Under the pieces are notes generated by a model that saw only the letters and a program-made list of their open reading frames with translations, was not told where the DNA came from and searched no databases. From Eubacteriales bacterium (GTDB lineage: Bacteria > Bacillota > Clostridia > Oscillospirales > CAG-272), in the NCBI GenBank assembly GCA_045533115.1, contig JAZSHF010000035.1, forward strand, positions 1 to 60,339: a DNA stretch of 60,339 nucleotides, given 5' to 3'. Shown piece after piece: positions 1-8,756 of the stretch. The position numbers were made by a program, and so were the translations under genes. The first letter of the stretch is position 1; each line of letters begins with the position of its first letter.

Positions 1-546
1 TGCAATATCTGCACCGGTTCCCTCGGTGATGTCGTGTATGATCTTGGAGTAATCCTTGATGTTAGCGTTGGTCGGGAAGTGAACGTTTTCCATAGGCATA
101 CGGAGCTTCTCGTCGATCTGGTAGTAGAGGTACTTGATCATCGAGTGAGCGAAGCCTGCTTCGTAGGTGATGGGAGCGATATTGCCGTTCTCATCTGCCC
201 ATTCGTCCTCAGCTACGAGGTGAACCTTGGAGCAGTCAACCTTGAAGTAGTTGATGAGCTGTGCAAGCGGAATGTAGGTGTCAGGCTCGGGGTTTCCGAG
301 GATCATAGTGAAGGACTTGCCTGCCTCCGATGCTGCCTTAAGGCGGGTGAAGAGGGTGGAAATGAGAACGGGATGGGGGTTCATCATAACCTTTACTTCA
401 AATTCGGGATGCCACCAGTCCTCTCTCTTTTCGAGGTCCTTGCCGCTGAGGCTGCGAACGTACTCGCAAACCTTTTTGTCCTTGAAGGGAACAAAATCGG
501 CAGGGGCAAAGTCAAATTTTGTTGCGGGATCTGTGATGAAGTTCAT
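1..546 (-). CDS. Glucosamine-6-phosphate deaminase/isomerase-like (NagB-fold) protein, divergent; runs off the window edge
   Basis: Not in the ORF track because its stop lies outside the window. AGGAG SD then ATG at 546; open frame MNFITDPATKFDFAPADFVPF...FTMILGNPEPDTY...VHLVAEDEWADENG; directly downstream of the nagA-like gene. Confidence 0.7.
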   Translation of the reverse strand, partial: MNFITDPATKFDFAPADFVPFKDKKVCEYVRSLSGKDLEKREDWWHPEFEVKVMMNPHPVLISTLFTRLKAASEAGKSFTMILGNPEPDTYIPLAQLINYFKVDCSKVHLVAEDEWADENGNIAPITYEAGFAHSMIKYLYYQIDEKLRMPMENVHFPTNANIKDYSKIIHDITEGTGADIA

Positions 547-573
547 TGTCTTATACTCCTTTGATTTTATTTT

Positions 574-1716
574 TTATTTTACAATTTCACCGCCGAAGAC
601 GGTGTATTTGACGTTAAAGAGGTGGTCAACAACGATGAGGTTTGCAACGTTGCCGACAGAGATTCTTCCGCGGTCACTAAGGCCGAGAAGCGTTGCGGGG
701 TTGGTCGACGCGTACTTGAATGCCTGACATACCGAAGCACCCGTGTGCTTGATTATGTTCTGGCAGGGACCGTCGAGTATCATCTTCGAGCCGGCAATCT
801 CGCCCATAAAGTCGAAGTTGATATCGGTTGCGCCTTCATAGAGATCGCCGTCCGGGATCGGTCCGTGCTCAACGAAGGAGTCTGCAATAAGAATAATCTT
901 ATCGTCGCCCTTTATTTTTCTGATAAGGCGGAGCATATAGGGGTCAACGTGAATACCCACCTTGTCGCAGATAAGCTCGGTATAAATAGTATCGTTATAA
1001 AGCGCAGTCTCGTCAACACAGGCGGAGCGGCACTCGGGATACTTATTAAGAGTACCGGTTGCGTTAGTGTGATGAGTTGCAAGCTTAAGACCGTAGGGCA
1101 TAATTGCCTCGATGTCCTCGGGAGCCGCCTCGGAATGCGCAACGGAGAATACTGCCTGTGGGTTCACGCTTTTCGCGTAGCGGACGAACTCGACGATGTT
1201 TTCTCTTTCGGGAGCGAGGCACCAGACCTTTGCAAGATCACCTGCCGCATCGACGATATCTTTATAATTTGCCGCATCAACGGGACCCTTCCAGGGGTTG
1301 TTTTCACGGTTGCAGCCGTATTTCGGGTTGAGGTACGGGCCTTCCATATAGAAGCCGATAATATTCTTTGCCTGACCCTTTGCCATAACGTCCTTGAGGT
1401 ACGCGATAGCGTCAAGGTATTGCTGTTTACCCATATTATAATAAAGAGCGGGGAGGACGTCGGTTACGCCGTGATGGAGCAGGGTATCCGCTGCCTTTGC
1501 GGCGTCGTCGTTAAAAAACGTTTCGCCGTCGGCGTGAGTATGAATGTCGATAAGTCCGGGTCCGACGTATGCGCCGTTAACGTCGAGTATTTCAGCACCT
1601 TCGGGAATCTTTACCTTTCTGCCGAACTCAACGATCTTGCCGTTTTCAACGAGAACGGTACCGTCGTATATGTAATGATCGGTCATCACGATGATTGCGT
1701 TGGTAATAGCTAGCAT
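574..1716 (-). CDS. nagA: N-acetylglucosamine-6-phosphate deacetylase-like amidohydrolase
   Basis: PGLIDIHTH, YMEGPYLN, LAPE, AHS, ASTNPATLLGL...GRISVGNVANL motifs; AGGAGG SD. Confidence 0.82.
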   Translation of the reverse strand: MLAITNAIIVMTDHYIYDGTVLVENGKIVEFGRKVKIPEGAEILDVNGAYVGPGLIDIHTHADGETFFNDDAAKAADTLLHHGVTDVLPALYYNMGKQQYLDAIAYLKDVMAKGQAKNIIGFYMEGPYLNPKYGCNRENNPWKGPVDAANYKDIVDAAGDLAKVWCLAPERENIVEFVRYAKSVNPQAVFSVAHSEAAPEDIEAIMPYGLKLATHHTNATGTLNKYPECRSACVDETALYNDTIYTELICDKVGIHVDPYMLRLIRKIKGDDKIILIADSFVEHGPIPDGDLYEGATDINFDFMGEIAGSKMILDGPCQNIIKHTGASVCQAFKYASTNPATLLGLSDRGRISVGNVANLIVVDHLFNVKYTVFGGEIVK

Positions 1717-1741
1717 AGTGCCACCTCCTAAATATAATACA

Positions 1742-1770
1742 ATTATACCTAAAAAAAGTCAATATGTCAA
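1742..1770 (-). promoter_or_regulatory. Sigma-A promoter of nagA-nagB-like operon
   Basis: TTGACA-17 bp-TATAAT perfect consensus on minus strand. Confidence 0.8.
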
Positions 1771-1799
1771 TAACTTCCTGACAAATAGTGGTTTGATAG

Positions 1800-3752
1800 T
1801 CAGTTAAGTATTTCGCGATACTCCTCTATGTCAAAAACTTTGATCTCTCCCGACGAATATCGGTAGAGAAAGTAGTGGAGAGGGCGCTTGTCGTCAGAAA
1901 GGAGATTGTTCCTGTATGTGCCGTTGTTTTCCATAATCTTATATTCTACGTCAAACTCGTAGACTGTGATCATATTCGGCGTACCCTCGTTAAGATAGTT
2001 GATGCGGTTTAGGTCGATGACCTCAATCTCATAAAGCTTCTGCATCGTGAAGGGATCCTTTGGGCCGTATTCCTTTTTATACTGATCGGTAAGGAGCGAA
2101 TTGTAGGTAATGTGATCCCCGTGGATAATTGCTGTAAAGTACTGTTGGAAAAAGAGCGCGATCGGACCTGCCGATTCGAACTGTTCGTCGGTCTCAAGCA
2201 TAATTGACACGCCGTTCGACGTGTAGTGAACGGAGCGATCCTTGTTGAGATAGTCGCTATCCTCGAAAATATCCTCGTCCCAATCTGGCTCTTCAAAATA
2301 TTCCTCGCCGAACGGCGGATAATGGCGGTATTTTATCTTTTTGCCGAAAAGCGAAGCGATTATTCCGCTTTCAACAATGAGATTGAGTGCCAAAAACAGA
2401 GCAGTGAGGACACATACAGTCACCGCCATGAGCTTTGCAAGATGCTTTTCCTTTGCCTTTTTGGAACGAGAACCGTCCTTATCGGTGTCCTTAAGCGCCT
2501 TTTTGAATGCGGAATACGAATAAAGCGAGCCGACGCACAGCATAGGCGTGCCTTTCTTCAGCGAATCCGTATATGCTGCCTTGACCGCTTCATCAAAGCT
2601 TTCGTATCCGACGGCGTTTTTGCCCTTTGACTTAAACACCTCGGCATAATCCTTTGCGTCAAGTGCGCGGGGGCTGTCCGGGGTTACGGTATAAACCGCA
2701 TTTGAGACCGATGCGATCCTTGATGCGATCTTTTCGTAATCCTTATCTTTAAGGACTCCCGAGATTACGTTTATCTTCTTATTGCCGAAGCATTCCTTGA
2801 CGGTACGGACGGCGGCAGTAACGCCTTCCTCGTTATGTCCGCCGTCGAAAAATACTGGGGGATAATCGTTCAGACGCTCAAAGCGTCCCTTCCATTCGGT
2901 CGCGCGCAGACCTTCGCGGAGATTCTTGTCCGAGATCTTGTATCCCTTTGAACGCAGTATCTCGACCGCCTCAATGACGTTTGCGGCGTTTTCGGGCTGA
3001 TAGGTGCCGAGAAGCGCGAGGGAGATGTTTTTATGCTTTTTGTAACCGAACTTACTGCCTTTAAGCGAGATCTTTCCGCAGGTGAGGGCTGAGTAGTCTT
3101 TTTCGTAATAAGGACAGCCCTTTTCAAGTGCTGCGGCTTTTATAACCTCTCTTGCTGTCTTGTCCTTGCCGCCGTAAAGAACGGGACAGGACGGCTTGAT
3201 TATTCCAGCCTTTTCGTAAGCTATCTTCTCGACGGTATCGCCGAGAAAGGCTGTGTGGTCAAGGGAAATTCCTGTTATGACCGATAGAACGGGAGAGGGA
3301 ATAATGTTCGTTGAGTCAAGACGACCGCCCATACCGCATTCAAGAATAACGATATCGGCGTTTTTCTTTTTGAAATAGACGAAGCCGATGGCGGTCAAAA
3401 CCTCAAATTCCGTCGGCGGATCGGTCATGGATAGACACGCATCCTTTATCTCGCCGACCGTTTCGGCAAGCTCGTCCTTTGATATCATTTCGCCGTTAAA
3501 CTGTATTCTTTCTTCAAAAAATTCAATGAACGGTGAGGTGAAAAGCCCCGTCTTATAGCCCGCTTTTCGCAATACGGAATCCAGCATTGCGCAGAAAGAA
3601 CCCTTACCGTTCGTTCCCGCAACGTGAACGAAGTTAAGGGTCTTTTCGGGGTTTCCGAGCTTACTCATAAGCTCGGTTATTCGATTTAATCCCGGACGGC
3701 TTCCTTGCCATTCGGTGCTGTGTATGAATGAAAGTGCTTCTTCGTAGGTCAT
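1800..3752 (-). CDS. folC: Folylpolyglutamate/dihydrofolate synthase fused to a transmembrane helix and C-terminal domain of unknown function
   Basis: HVAGTNGKGS, GLFTSP, ECGMGGRLDSTN, LDHT, EKAGIIK, DGGHN, VGSLY motifs in the first ~420 aa; then hydrophobic LMAVTVCVLTALFLALNLIV and ~180 further residues. Confidence 0.92.
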   Translation of the reverse strand: MTYEEALSFIHSTEWQGSRPGLNRITELMSKLGNPEKTLNFVHVAGTNGKGSFCAMLDSVLRKAGYKTGLFTSPFIEFFEERIQFNGEMISKDELAETVGEIKDACLSMTDPPTEFEVLTAIGFVYFKKKNADIVILECGMGGRLDSTNIIPSPVLSVITGISLDHTAFLGDTVEKIAYEKAGIIKPSCPVLYGGKDKTAREVIKAAALEKGCPYYEKDYSALTCGKISLKGSKFGYKKHKNISLALLGTYQPENAANVIEAVEILRSKGYKISDKNLREGLRATEWKGRFERLNDYPPVFFDGGHNEEGVTAAVRTVKECFGNKKINVISGVLKDKDYEKIASRIASVSNAVYTVTPDSPRALDAKDYAEVFKSKGKNAVGYESFDEAVKAAYTDSLKKGTPMLCVGSLYSYSAFKKALKDTDKDGSRSKKAKEKHLAKLMAVTVCVLTALFLALNLIVESGIIASLFGKKIKYRHYPPFGEEYFEEPDWDEDIFEDSDYLNKDRSVHYTSNGVSIMLETDEQFESAGPIALFFQQYFTAIIHGDHITYNSLLTDQYKKEYGPKDPFTMQKLYEIEVIDLNRINYLNEGTPNMITVYEFDVEYKIMENNGTYRNNLLSDDKRPLHYFLYRYSSGEIKVFDIEEYREILN

Positions 3753-3755
3753 ATT

Positions 3756-4292
3756 TTATTCACCGGTAATTTCGTGTTTAAGGCCCTTGTTTTTGAAAAG
3801 GATACAAAGGATTATACTCTCTATGGTTGCGATAGCGATATAGATCGGTACTCTGAAAAGGACTATAATGCCCATTCGGTAATATATCTGCAGGGCAAGA
3901 GTCTTTATTATCATAGATCCGACGATATGTCCAATAAAGACGGCAAATACTATCCGTATTTTCTGAAAACGATTTGTGAAGCAATATTTATATGCGACGC
4001 CTGCGCAAACACCGACGTAGCACGCCCCTATCGTTATAAGCGGATTCGGCGCCATTCCGGCAATAACGCAGGAAATGAGGTCGGCTCCTATTGCGATCGC
4101 ACCGCCCACGATAGGACCGAATGCAAAGGCACCGATAAATATCGGCAGACATTCGACCGTCAGGCGCAAGGCGCTCTCGTTGAATATGTACTTTGCGACA
4201 GTCGCAAGTATTACGCTTGCGGCGGTAAGCAGACCCGATGCGGTTATGACCTTAGCGGAATAAAGTCCCCTTTTAATCTCGTGTTTTTTCAA
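3756..4292 (-). CDS. folT: Folate ECF transporter S component
   Basis: Hydrophobic ~178 aa with FGPIVGGAIAIGADLI motif; TTG start at 4292 after GGGAGG SD (the longer ORF-track start runs through the riboswitch); THF riboswitch upstream and folC downstream. Confidence 0.85.
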   Translation of the reverse strand: MKKHEIKRGLYSAKVITASGLLTAASVILATVAKYIFNESALRLTVECLPIFIGAFAFGPIVGGAIAIGADLISCVIAGMAPNPLITIGACYVGVCAGVAYKYCFTNRFQKIRIVFAVFIGHIVGSMIIKTLALQIYYRMGIIVLFRVPIYIAIATIESIILCILFKNKGLKHEITGE

Positions 4293-4294
4293 AA

Positions 4295-4330
4295 TAAAAA
4301 CCTCCCTTGCATTCTCGCAGCACAGGGAGG
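4295..4330 (-). terminator. Riboswitch expression platform hairpin (terminator-like and SD-sequestering)
   Basis: Minus strand CCTCCCT...AGGGAGG stem followed by TTTTTATTTT; the 3' arm is the folT SD. Confidence 0.65.
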
Positions 4331-4349
4331 AATAAGCTTCCTTGTGTAC

Positions 4350-4443
4350 CAGCGGGATGCGAACTTCGGATCGCAACCGTATGTTTTCGTCCGATAGACA
4401 ACTCCCCGTCCTATCGGCACTTAACGCCCGAAATTCTACTCTG
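4350..4443 (-). ncRNA. THF (tetrahydrofolate) riboswitch aptamer
   Basis: Minus strand CAGAGTAG-AATTTCGG-GCGTTAAGTG-CCGATAGGACGGGGAGTTGTCTATCGG-ACGAA...TTGCG-ATCCGAAGTTC-GCATCCCGCTG matches the conserved GAGUAG, GCGUUAAGUG, ACGAA and GCAUCC(C)GCU elements; classic position upstream of folT-folC. Confidence 0.92.
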
Positions 4444-4457
4444 AATATTGTGTATAC

Positions 4458-4486
4458 ATAATACCACTTCACATTCACTTTGTCAA
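4458..4486 (-). promoter_or_regulatory. Sigma-A promoter for riboswitch-folT-folC
   Basis: TTGACA-17 bp-TATTAT with extended TG, just upstream of the aptamer. Confidence 0.8.
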
Positions 4487-4558
4487 TAGAAACGGTGCTT
4501 TTTATAAAATCCCGTCGTTTTGACGAAGGGGCGTTCATAAAATGTTTACAAAATAAGT

Positions 4559-4598
4559 CGAACACCCGTTTGCATTCTTGCTGTTTATGTGTTATTAT
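4559..4598 (+). promoter_or_regulatory. LexA SOS box overlapping the -35 of the lexA promoter
   Basis: CGAAC-ACCC-GTTTG at 4559-4572 (Gram-positive GAAC-N4-GTTY type); TTGCAT 4570-4575, 17 bp, TATTAT 4593-4598. Confidence 0.78.
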
Positions 4599-4644
4599 GT
4601 ACTTGTAAAAATGTATTTTTTATTTTTGAAAGGAAGTCGCATAT

Positions 4645-5259
4645 ATGAGAGCTGCAAAAATCAGTGAAAAAGAAAAGGTTATATACGACTATATCAATGA
4701 AACTATAGCAAAAGAGGGCTATTCTCCTACGGTGCGCGATATTCAGTCGGCGCTCGGTATAAAGAGTACCTCGACGGTTCACGCATATCTTAACCGCCTT
4801 GAAGAAAAGGGTATGATCCGTAAGGATCCCGGCAAGAGCCGTACTCTCAAGACCGCGGGCACTTCGCGTGAAAGCAGAAACACGGCAAGAGTACCGCTTC
4901 TCGGCTCTGTAAGAGCAGGTATGCCGATACTTGCAGTTGAAAATTACGAGGGATATATCGACTATCCGCTTATGAATCATTCCTACGGCGCAAACGAGCT
5001 TTTCGCGCTTCGCGTAAAGGGCGAGAGCATGATCGACGCGGGAATACTCGACGGCGATATCATAATCGTTAAAAAGGAAAGCTGCGCAGACAACGGACAG
5101 ATCGTCGTTGCTCTCGTTGAGGACAGCGCAACGGTCAAGACTTTCTATAAGGAAAACGGACATTTCCGTCTCCAGCCCGAAAATTCGACGATGGAGCCGA
5201 TAATCGTAGACGAGGTGTTTATTCTCGGACGTGTAGTTGCAAACTTCCGTTTTTACTGA
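4645..5259 (+). CDS. lexA: SOS repressor LexA
   Basis: GYSPTVRDI winged-helix, VRAG-MP cleavage site, LRVKGESM Ser and ATVK Lys catalytic motifs. Confidence 0.97.
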   Translation: MRAAKISEKEKVIYDYINETIAKEGYSPTVRDIQSALGIKSTSTVHAYLNRLEEKGMIRKDPGKSRTLKTAGTSRESRNTARVPLLGSVRAGMPILAVENYEGYIDYPLMNHSYGANELFALRVKGESMIDAGILDGDIIIVKKESCADNGQIVVALVEDSATVKTFYKENGHFRLQPENSTMEPIIVDEVFILGRVVANFRFY

Positions 5260-5286
5260 TACCGAAAGGATCTGCGTCTAATATTT

Positions 5287-6171
5287 ATGGACTTTATCTC
5301 TGAAAAAAAGGCGGAAAAGAAGATAGGACGCCTCGTTCTCCTTCTCTGCCTTTTGCCTCAAATCTTACGAATAATATTAAGCTGTATATACGAATACGAG
5401 GTCGCGGGAAACTATATGTATCCGACAGTTGTCGGCGATCTTTGTCTTTACGGTGCCGACATTCTCGGTCAGTTTTCGTTTTACTCGATCCTCGGCACGC
5501 TTATATACCTGTCGGCGCGAAACGGGCTTAACGGCGGAGTTGAAAGCACGGTTCTCGTTATCGGGCTTTACGTCGTTGTATATTACCTTCAAAGTGCGAT
5601 AACGAATACCGCCGTAACGCTTTCAATGATCGTTCTGTCTGCGATTCTTACCGCGGCCGCGATCGTGCAGTCTGCGAAGAAGTGCAAGGGGATCTTTGCC
5701 CTTGCATCGTCAATACTTGCCGTACCGATACTCGGCGGTATTCTTCAGGTTTACGCTTCAAGCATAGTTCCGACAGTAGATGATATTATGTTCCTGATAT
5801 CATACGCGCTAACAAACCTCGTTTTTGAGCTTCTCTTCATTCTCGTCGCTTCACGGGTTTCAAAGATACTCGGGGCGGGTATAAAGGAAGATATTACTCT
5901 TACGGGCAAGCTTGTTTCGGTAAAAAATCCCGTAATGCTGTCGATGCTTATTTTTGACGCTCTGTATATTATTTTGTCCCTTATCTCTCCAACGGTGGAG
6001 ATCGTAAATAACCTTATTGAATACGGCCCGCCCGTGAATACGGCGGAATGGATGTCGATAATCGGCGTGTATTCGGAATATCTGATAATCTTCGTTATTG
6101 GATACGCCTCGATGCGTTTTGCGGCGGGGCTTATTGAAAACGCTTACTCGTCGGCAGAGGAGGAAATATGA
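5287..6171 (+). CDS. Hypothetical multi-pass membrane protein
   Basis: About 8 hydrophobic segments; stop overlaps the next start (ATGA). Confidence 0.75.
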   Translation: MDFISEKKAEKKIGRLVLLLCLLPQILRIILSCIYEYEVAGNYMYPTVVGDLCLYGADILGQFSFYSILGTLIYLSARNGLNGGVESTVLVIGLYVVVYYLQSAITNTAVTLSMIVLSAILTAAAIVQSAKKCKGIFALASSILAVPILGGILQVYASSIVPTVDDIMFLISYALTNLVFELLFILVASRVSKILGAGIKEDITLTGKLVSVKNPVMLSMLIFDALYIILSLISPTVEIVNNLIEYGPPVNTAEWMSIIGVYSEYLIIFVIGYASMRFAAGLIENAYSSAEEEI

Positions 6172-6728
6172 CCTGGGAAGAGCTTGAACAGGGCTGTAAA
6201 GGCTGTGACAAATGCCCTCTCGGAAGGACGAAAACGAATACCGTCTTCGGCGTCGGGAATAAGAATGCAGAGCTTATGTTCGTCGGCGAGGCACCGGGTG
6301 AGAGCGAGGACAAAAGCGGTATCCCGTTCGTCGGACGCGCGGGAAAGCTGTTTGACAAGTACCTTGAAGCGTTTGGGATCGACCGCGACAGCGTCTATAT
6401 TGCAAATATCCTTAAATGCCGTCCGCCGAATAACCGCGATCCGCTCCCCGAGGAGCAGGACGCCTGTATGACCTATCTGCGCGAGCAGGTTCGTTTAATA
6501 CGACCGCGGATCATCGTTTGCCTCGGCAGAATATCGGCTATGAAGCTGATAAAGCCCGAATTTAAGATTACGAAAGAACACGGTGTTTTCTTCAAAAAGG
6601 GTGCGTTTGAAATTGTGGCGGTATATCACCCGTCTCTCCTTCTGCGCGATCCGTCTAAAAGGGAAGAAATGTTTACCGATATGAAAAAGATTAAGCAAAA
6701 GCTTGAAGGCATAAAAAATGGAAATTAA
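6168..6728 (+). CDS. Family 4 uracil-DNA glycosylase (4Fe-4S type)
   Basis: CxxC, GEAPG, PFVGRAG, KCRPPNNR, YHPS motifs. Confidence 0.93.
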   Translation: MTWEELEQGCKGCDKCPLGRTKTNTVFGVGNKNAELMFVGEAPGESEDKSGIPFVGRAGKLFDKYLEAFGIDRDSVYIANILKCRPPNNRDPLPEEQDACMTYLREQVRLIRPRIIVCLGRISAMKLIKPEFKITKEHGVFFKKGAFEIVAVYHPSLLLRDPSKREEMFTDMKKIKQKLEGIKNGN

Positions 6729-7665
6729 TCAGCAAATACTCTATAATACCCTCATAAAAATGGTAATACCCGTTATTGCGGGCTTTGTGGTTGCAAAAGC
6801 GGGAGTTGTGAAGGGCGACTTCGCAAAAAAGCTGTCAACGCTGATACTCTTTGTCTGTCAGCCGTTTATGCTGGTTACGGCTACATACGGCGCGAAATAT
6901 TCCGATTCACTGCTGAATAAAGGACTTATTGCGCTTTTGTGCGGCTTTTTGGCGCACGTCATTATTGCGATCATCGGCTTCGGCGGAACCTGCTTCTTCA
7001 GGGATAAAAAGAAGGGAAGGATAATCGAGCACTGTATAGTGTTCGGAAACTGCGGCTTCTTCGGGTTTCCGGTATTGCAGGCGGCATTTGGCGACGTTGG
7101 ACTTTTCTGCGGCGGCTTCTTCGTCGTTGCGTTCAACACCGTCCTCTGGTCGTACGGTATGCTCATCATAGGACGCGCAAATAAGGAAATGAAGATAAAG
7201 CTGACGAAAATATTCTTCAACGCAGGTACTGTTCCGTGTGTTCTCGGGCTCATTCTCTACGTCTTGAGAGTTCCGACGTACGCTCCCGTTTACGACAGCA
7301 TGAAGATGATAGGAGATACCTGTACGCCCCTTTCTCTCATACTCGTCGGAATTATGCTTTCAAGAGTTCCGATCAGAAGCTATATAATGGAATATACGTC
7401 GTATTATGGAATGATTCTGAAGCTGTTTTTAGCCCCCATAGCTACCGGTGTGGTTATGAAGCTTCTCGGATTTTCCGATTTTTTCACGCTTCTGTCCGCA
7501 TTGATGATGGCACTTCCGACAGCGTCAAGCACAGCCATGTTCGCTGAAACCTACGATCTGCATCCCGATATTGCCGCGCAGACTGTCGGCGTTTCGACGC
7601 TTATTTCGGTCGTTAGCTTGCCGCCGACAATGATGCTGGTGCAGAAAATAATCAACCTCATTTGA
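6718..7665 (+). CDS. AEC (auxin efflux carrier) family transporter
   Basis: FGNCGFFGFP and PLSLILVG motifs, ~10 TM segments. Confidence 0.88.
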   Translation: MEINQQILYNTLIKMVIPVIAGFVVAKAGVVKGDFAKKLSTLILFVCQPFMLVTATYGAKYSDSLLNKGLIALLCGFLAHVIIAIIGFGGTCFFRDKKKGRIIEHCIVFGNCGFFGFPVLQAAFGDVGLFCGGFFVVAFNTVLWSYGMLIIGRANKEMKIKLTKIFFNAGTVPCVLGLILYVLRVPTYAPVYDSMKMIGDTCTPLSLILVGIMLSRVPIRSYIMEYTSYYGMILKLFLAPIATGVVMKLLGFSDFFTLLSALMMALPTASSTAMFAETYDLHPDIAAQTVGVSTLISVVSLPPTMMLVQKIINLI

Positions 7666-7681
7666 GAAAGGAAAGTACAAA

Positions 7682-8743
7682 ATGAATACAATCAAAAAGC
7701 TTCAGTCAATGCTTCCCGAAAAGGTCGACTGCCTTCTCGTTACCTGCGAGAAGAACCAGAGATACCTAACGGGTCTTAACTATACCGACGGCTACGTGGT
7801 TATCGGAAAGGATAAGGCGTTTTTGCTTGCCGATTTCAGATATATTGAGGTCGCAAAGCGATGTGAGAGCGACGACCTCACCGTCGTAATGCTTGAAAAC
7901 GCGAAGCTGACACTCGGCAACGTTTTTGCTGATAACGGATATCAAAACATCGGTTTTGAGGACGGCGCGATGACCGTAGCTGCACTTGAAGGACTTAAAA
8001 ACAAGTTCCCGAACGTAAATTTTGTTCCCTGCGGCGGTCTTGTCGAGGAAATGCGCGTATGTAAGACCGAGGACGAGGTCGAAAAGGTCGTAAAGGCACA
8101 AAGAATTGCAGAGCAGGCGCTTGACCGCCTTCTCGGACTTATGACACCCGATATGACCGAGATCGAGGTTGCGCTTGAGCTCGAATACGGAATGAGAAAA
8201 TTCGGCGCCGAGAAGCCGTCGTTCGATACCATCGCGGTGTCGGGCTCAGCCTCGTCGCTTCCTCACGGCGAGCCGAGAAATATTAAGCTCGAAAAGGGCT
8301 TTCTCACCCTTGATTTCGGCGCGCTTTATCAGGGTTACTGCTCCGATATGACGAGAACCGTAGTTATCGGTAAGGCTGACGAGGAAATGAAGAAGGTCTA
8401 TAATACCGTGCTTCAGGCACAGCTTGCCGCCCTTGATTTCACCGCGGCGGGTAAAAGGGGATGTGACTGTGACAAGGTCGCGCGTGACATCATTTACGGT
8501 GCGGGCTACGAGGGCTGCTTCGGGCACTCACTCGGACACGGTGTCGGTATGCTTGTCCACGAAAATCCCCGTCTCGCGGGAACGTGGGATAAACCCCTTG
8601 AAATCGGTGCGATCGTGACAGTTGAGCCCGGAATCTATATTGAGGGCAAATACGGAGTTCGTATCGAGGATATGCTCTATCTTAAGGAAAACGAAAAGGT
8701 AAACCTCACGAAAGCACCCAAGGAGCTCATTGAGCTGTTTTAA
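7682..8743 (+). CDS. Xaa-Pro aminopeptidase (M24 family)
   Basis: [36 protein letters not shown]. Confidence 0.93.
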   Translation: MNTIKKLQSMLPEKVDCLLVTCEKNQRYLTGLNYTDGYVVIGKDKAFLLADFRYIEVAKRCESDDLTVVMLENAKLTLGNVFADNGYQNIGFEDGAMTVAALEGLKNKFPNVNFVPCGGLVEEMRVCKTEDEVEKVVKAQRIAEQALDRLLGLMTPDMTEIEVALELEYGMRKFGAEKPSFDTIAVSGSASSLPHGEPRNIKLEKGFLTLDFGALYQGYCSDMTRTVVIGKADEEMKKVYNTVLQAQLAALDFTAAGKRGCDCDKVARDIIYGAGYEGCFGHSLGHGVGMLVHENPRLAGTWDKPLEIGAIVTVEPGIYIEGKYGVRIEDMLYLKENEKVNLTKAPKELIELF

Positions 8744-8756
8744 TTAAATTAGGAGA

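Noticed and set aside
34-564. Plus-strand 176 aa ORF and the many other long antisense ORFs (e.g. 622-1713, 17566-18909, 41225-42109, 51554-52717, 55824-56681, 58919-59881)
   Set aside because: Shadow frames opposite well-supported genes; no SD or recognisable motifs
4293-4565. N-terminal 91 aa extension of FolT in the ORF track
   Set aside because: Runs through the promoter and THF riboswitch; TTG at 4292 has the proper SD
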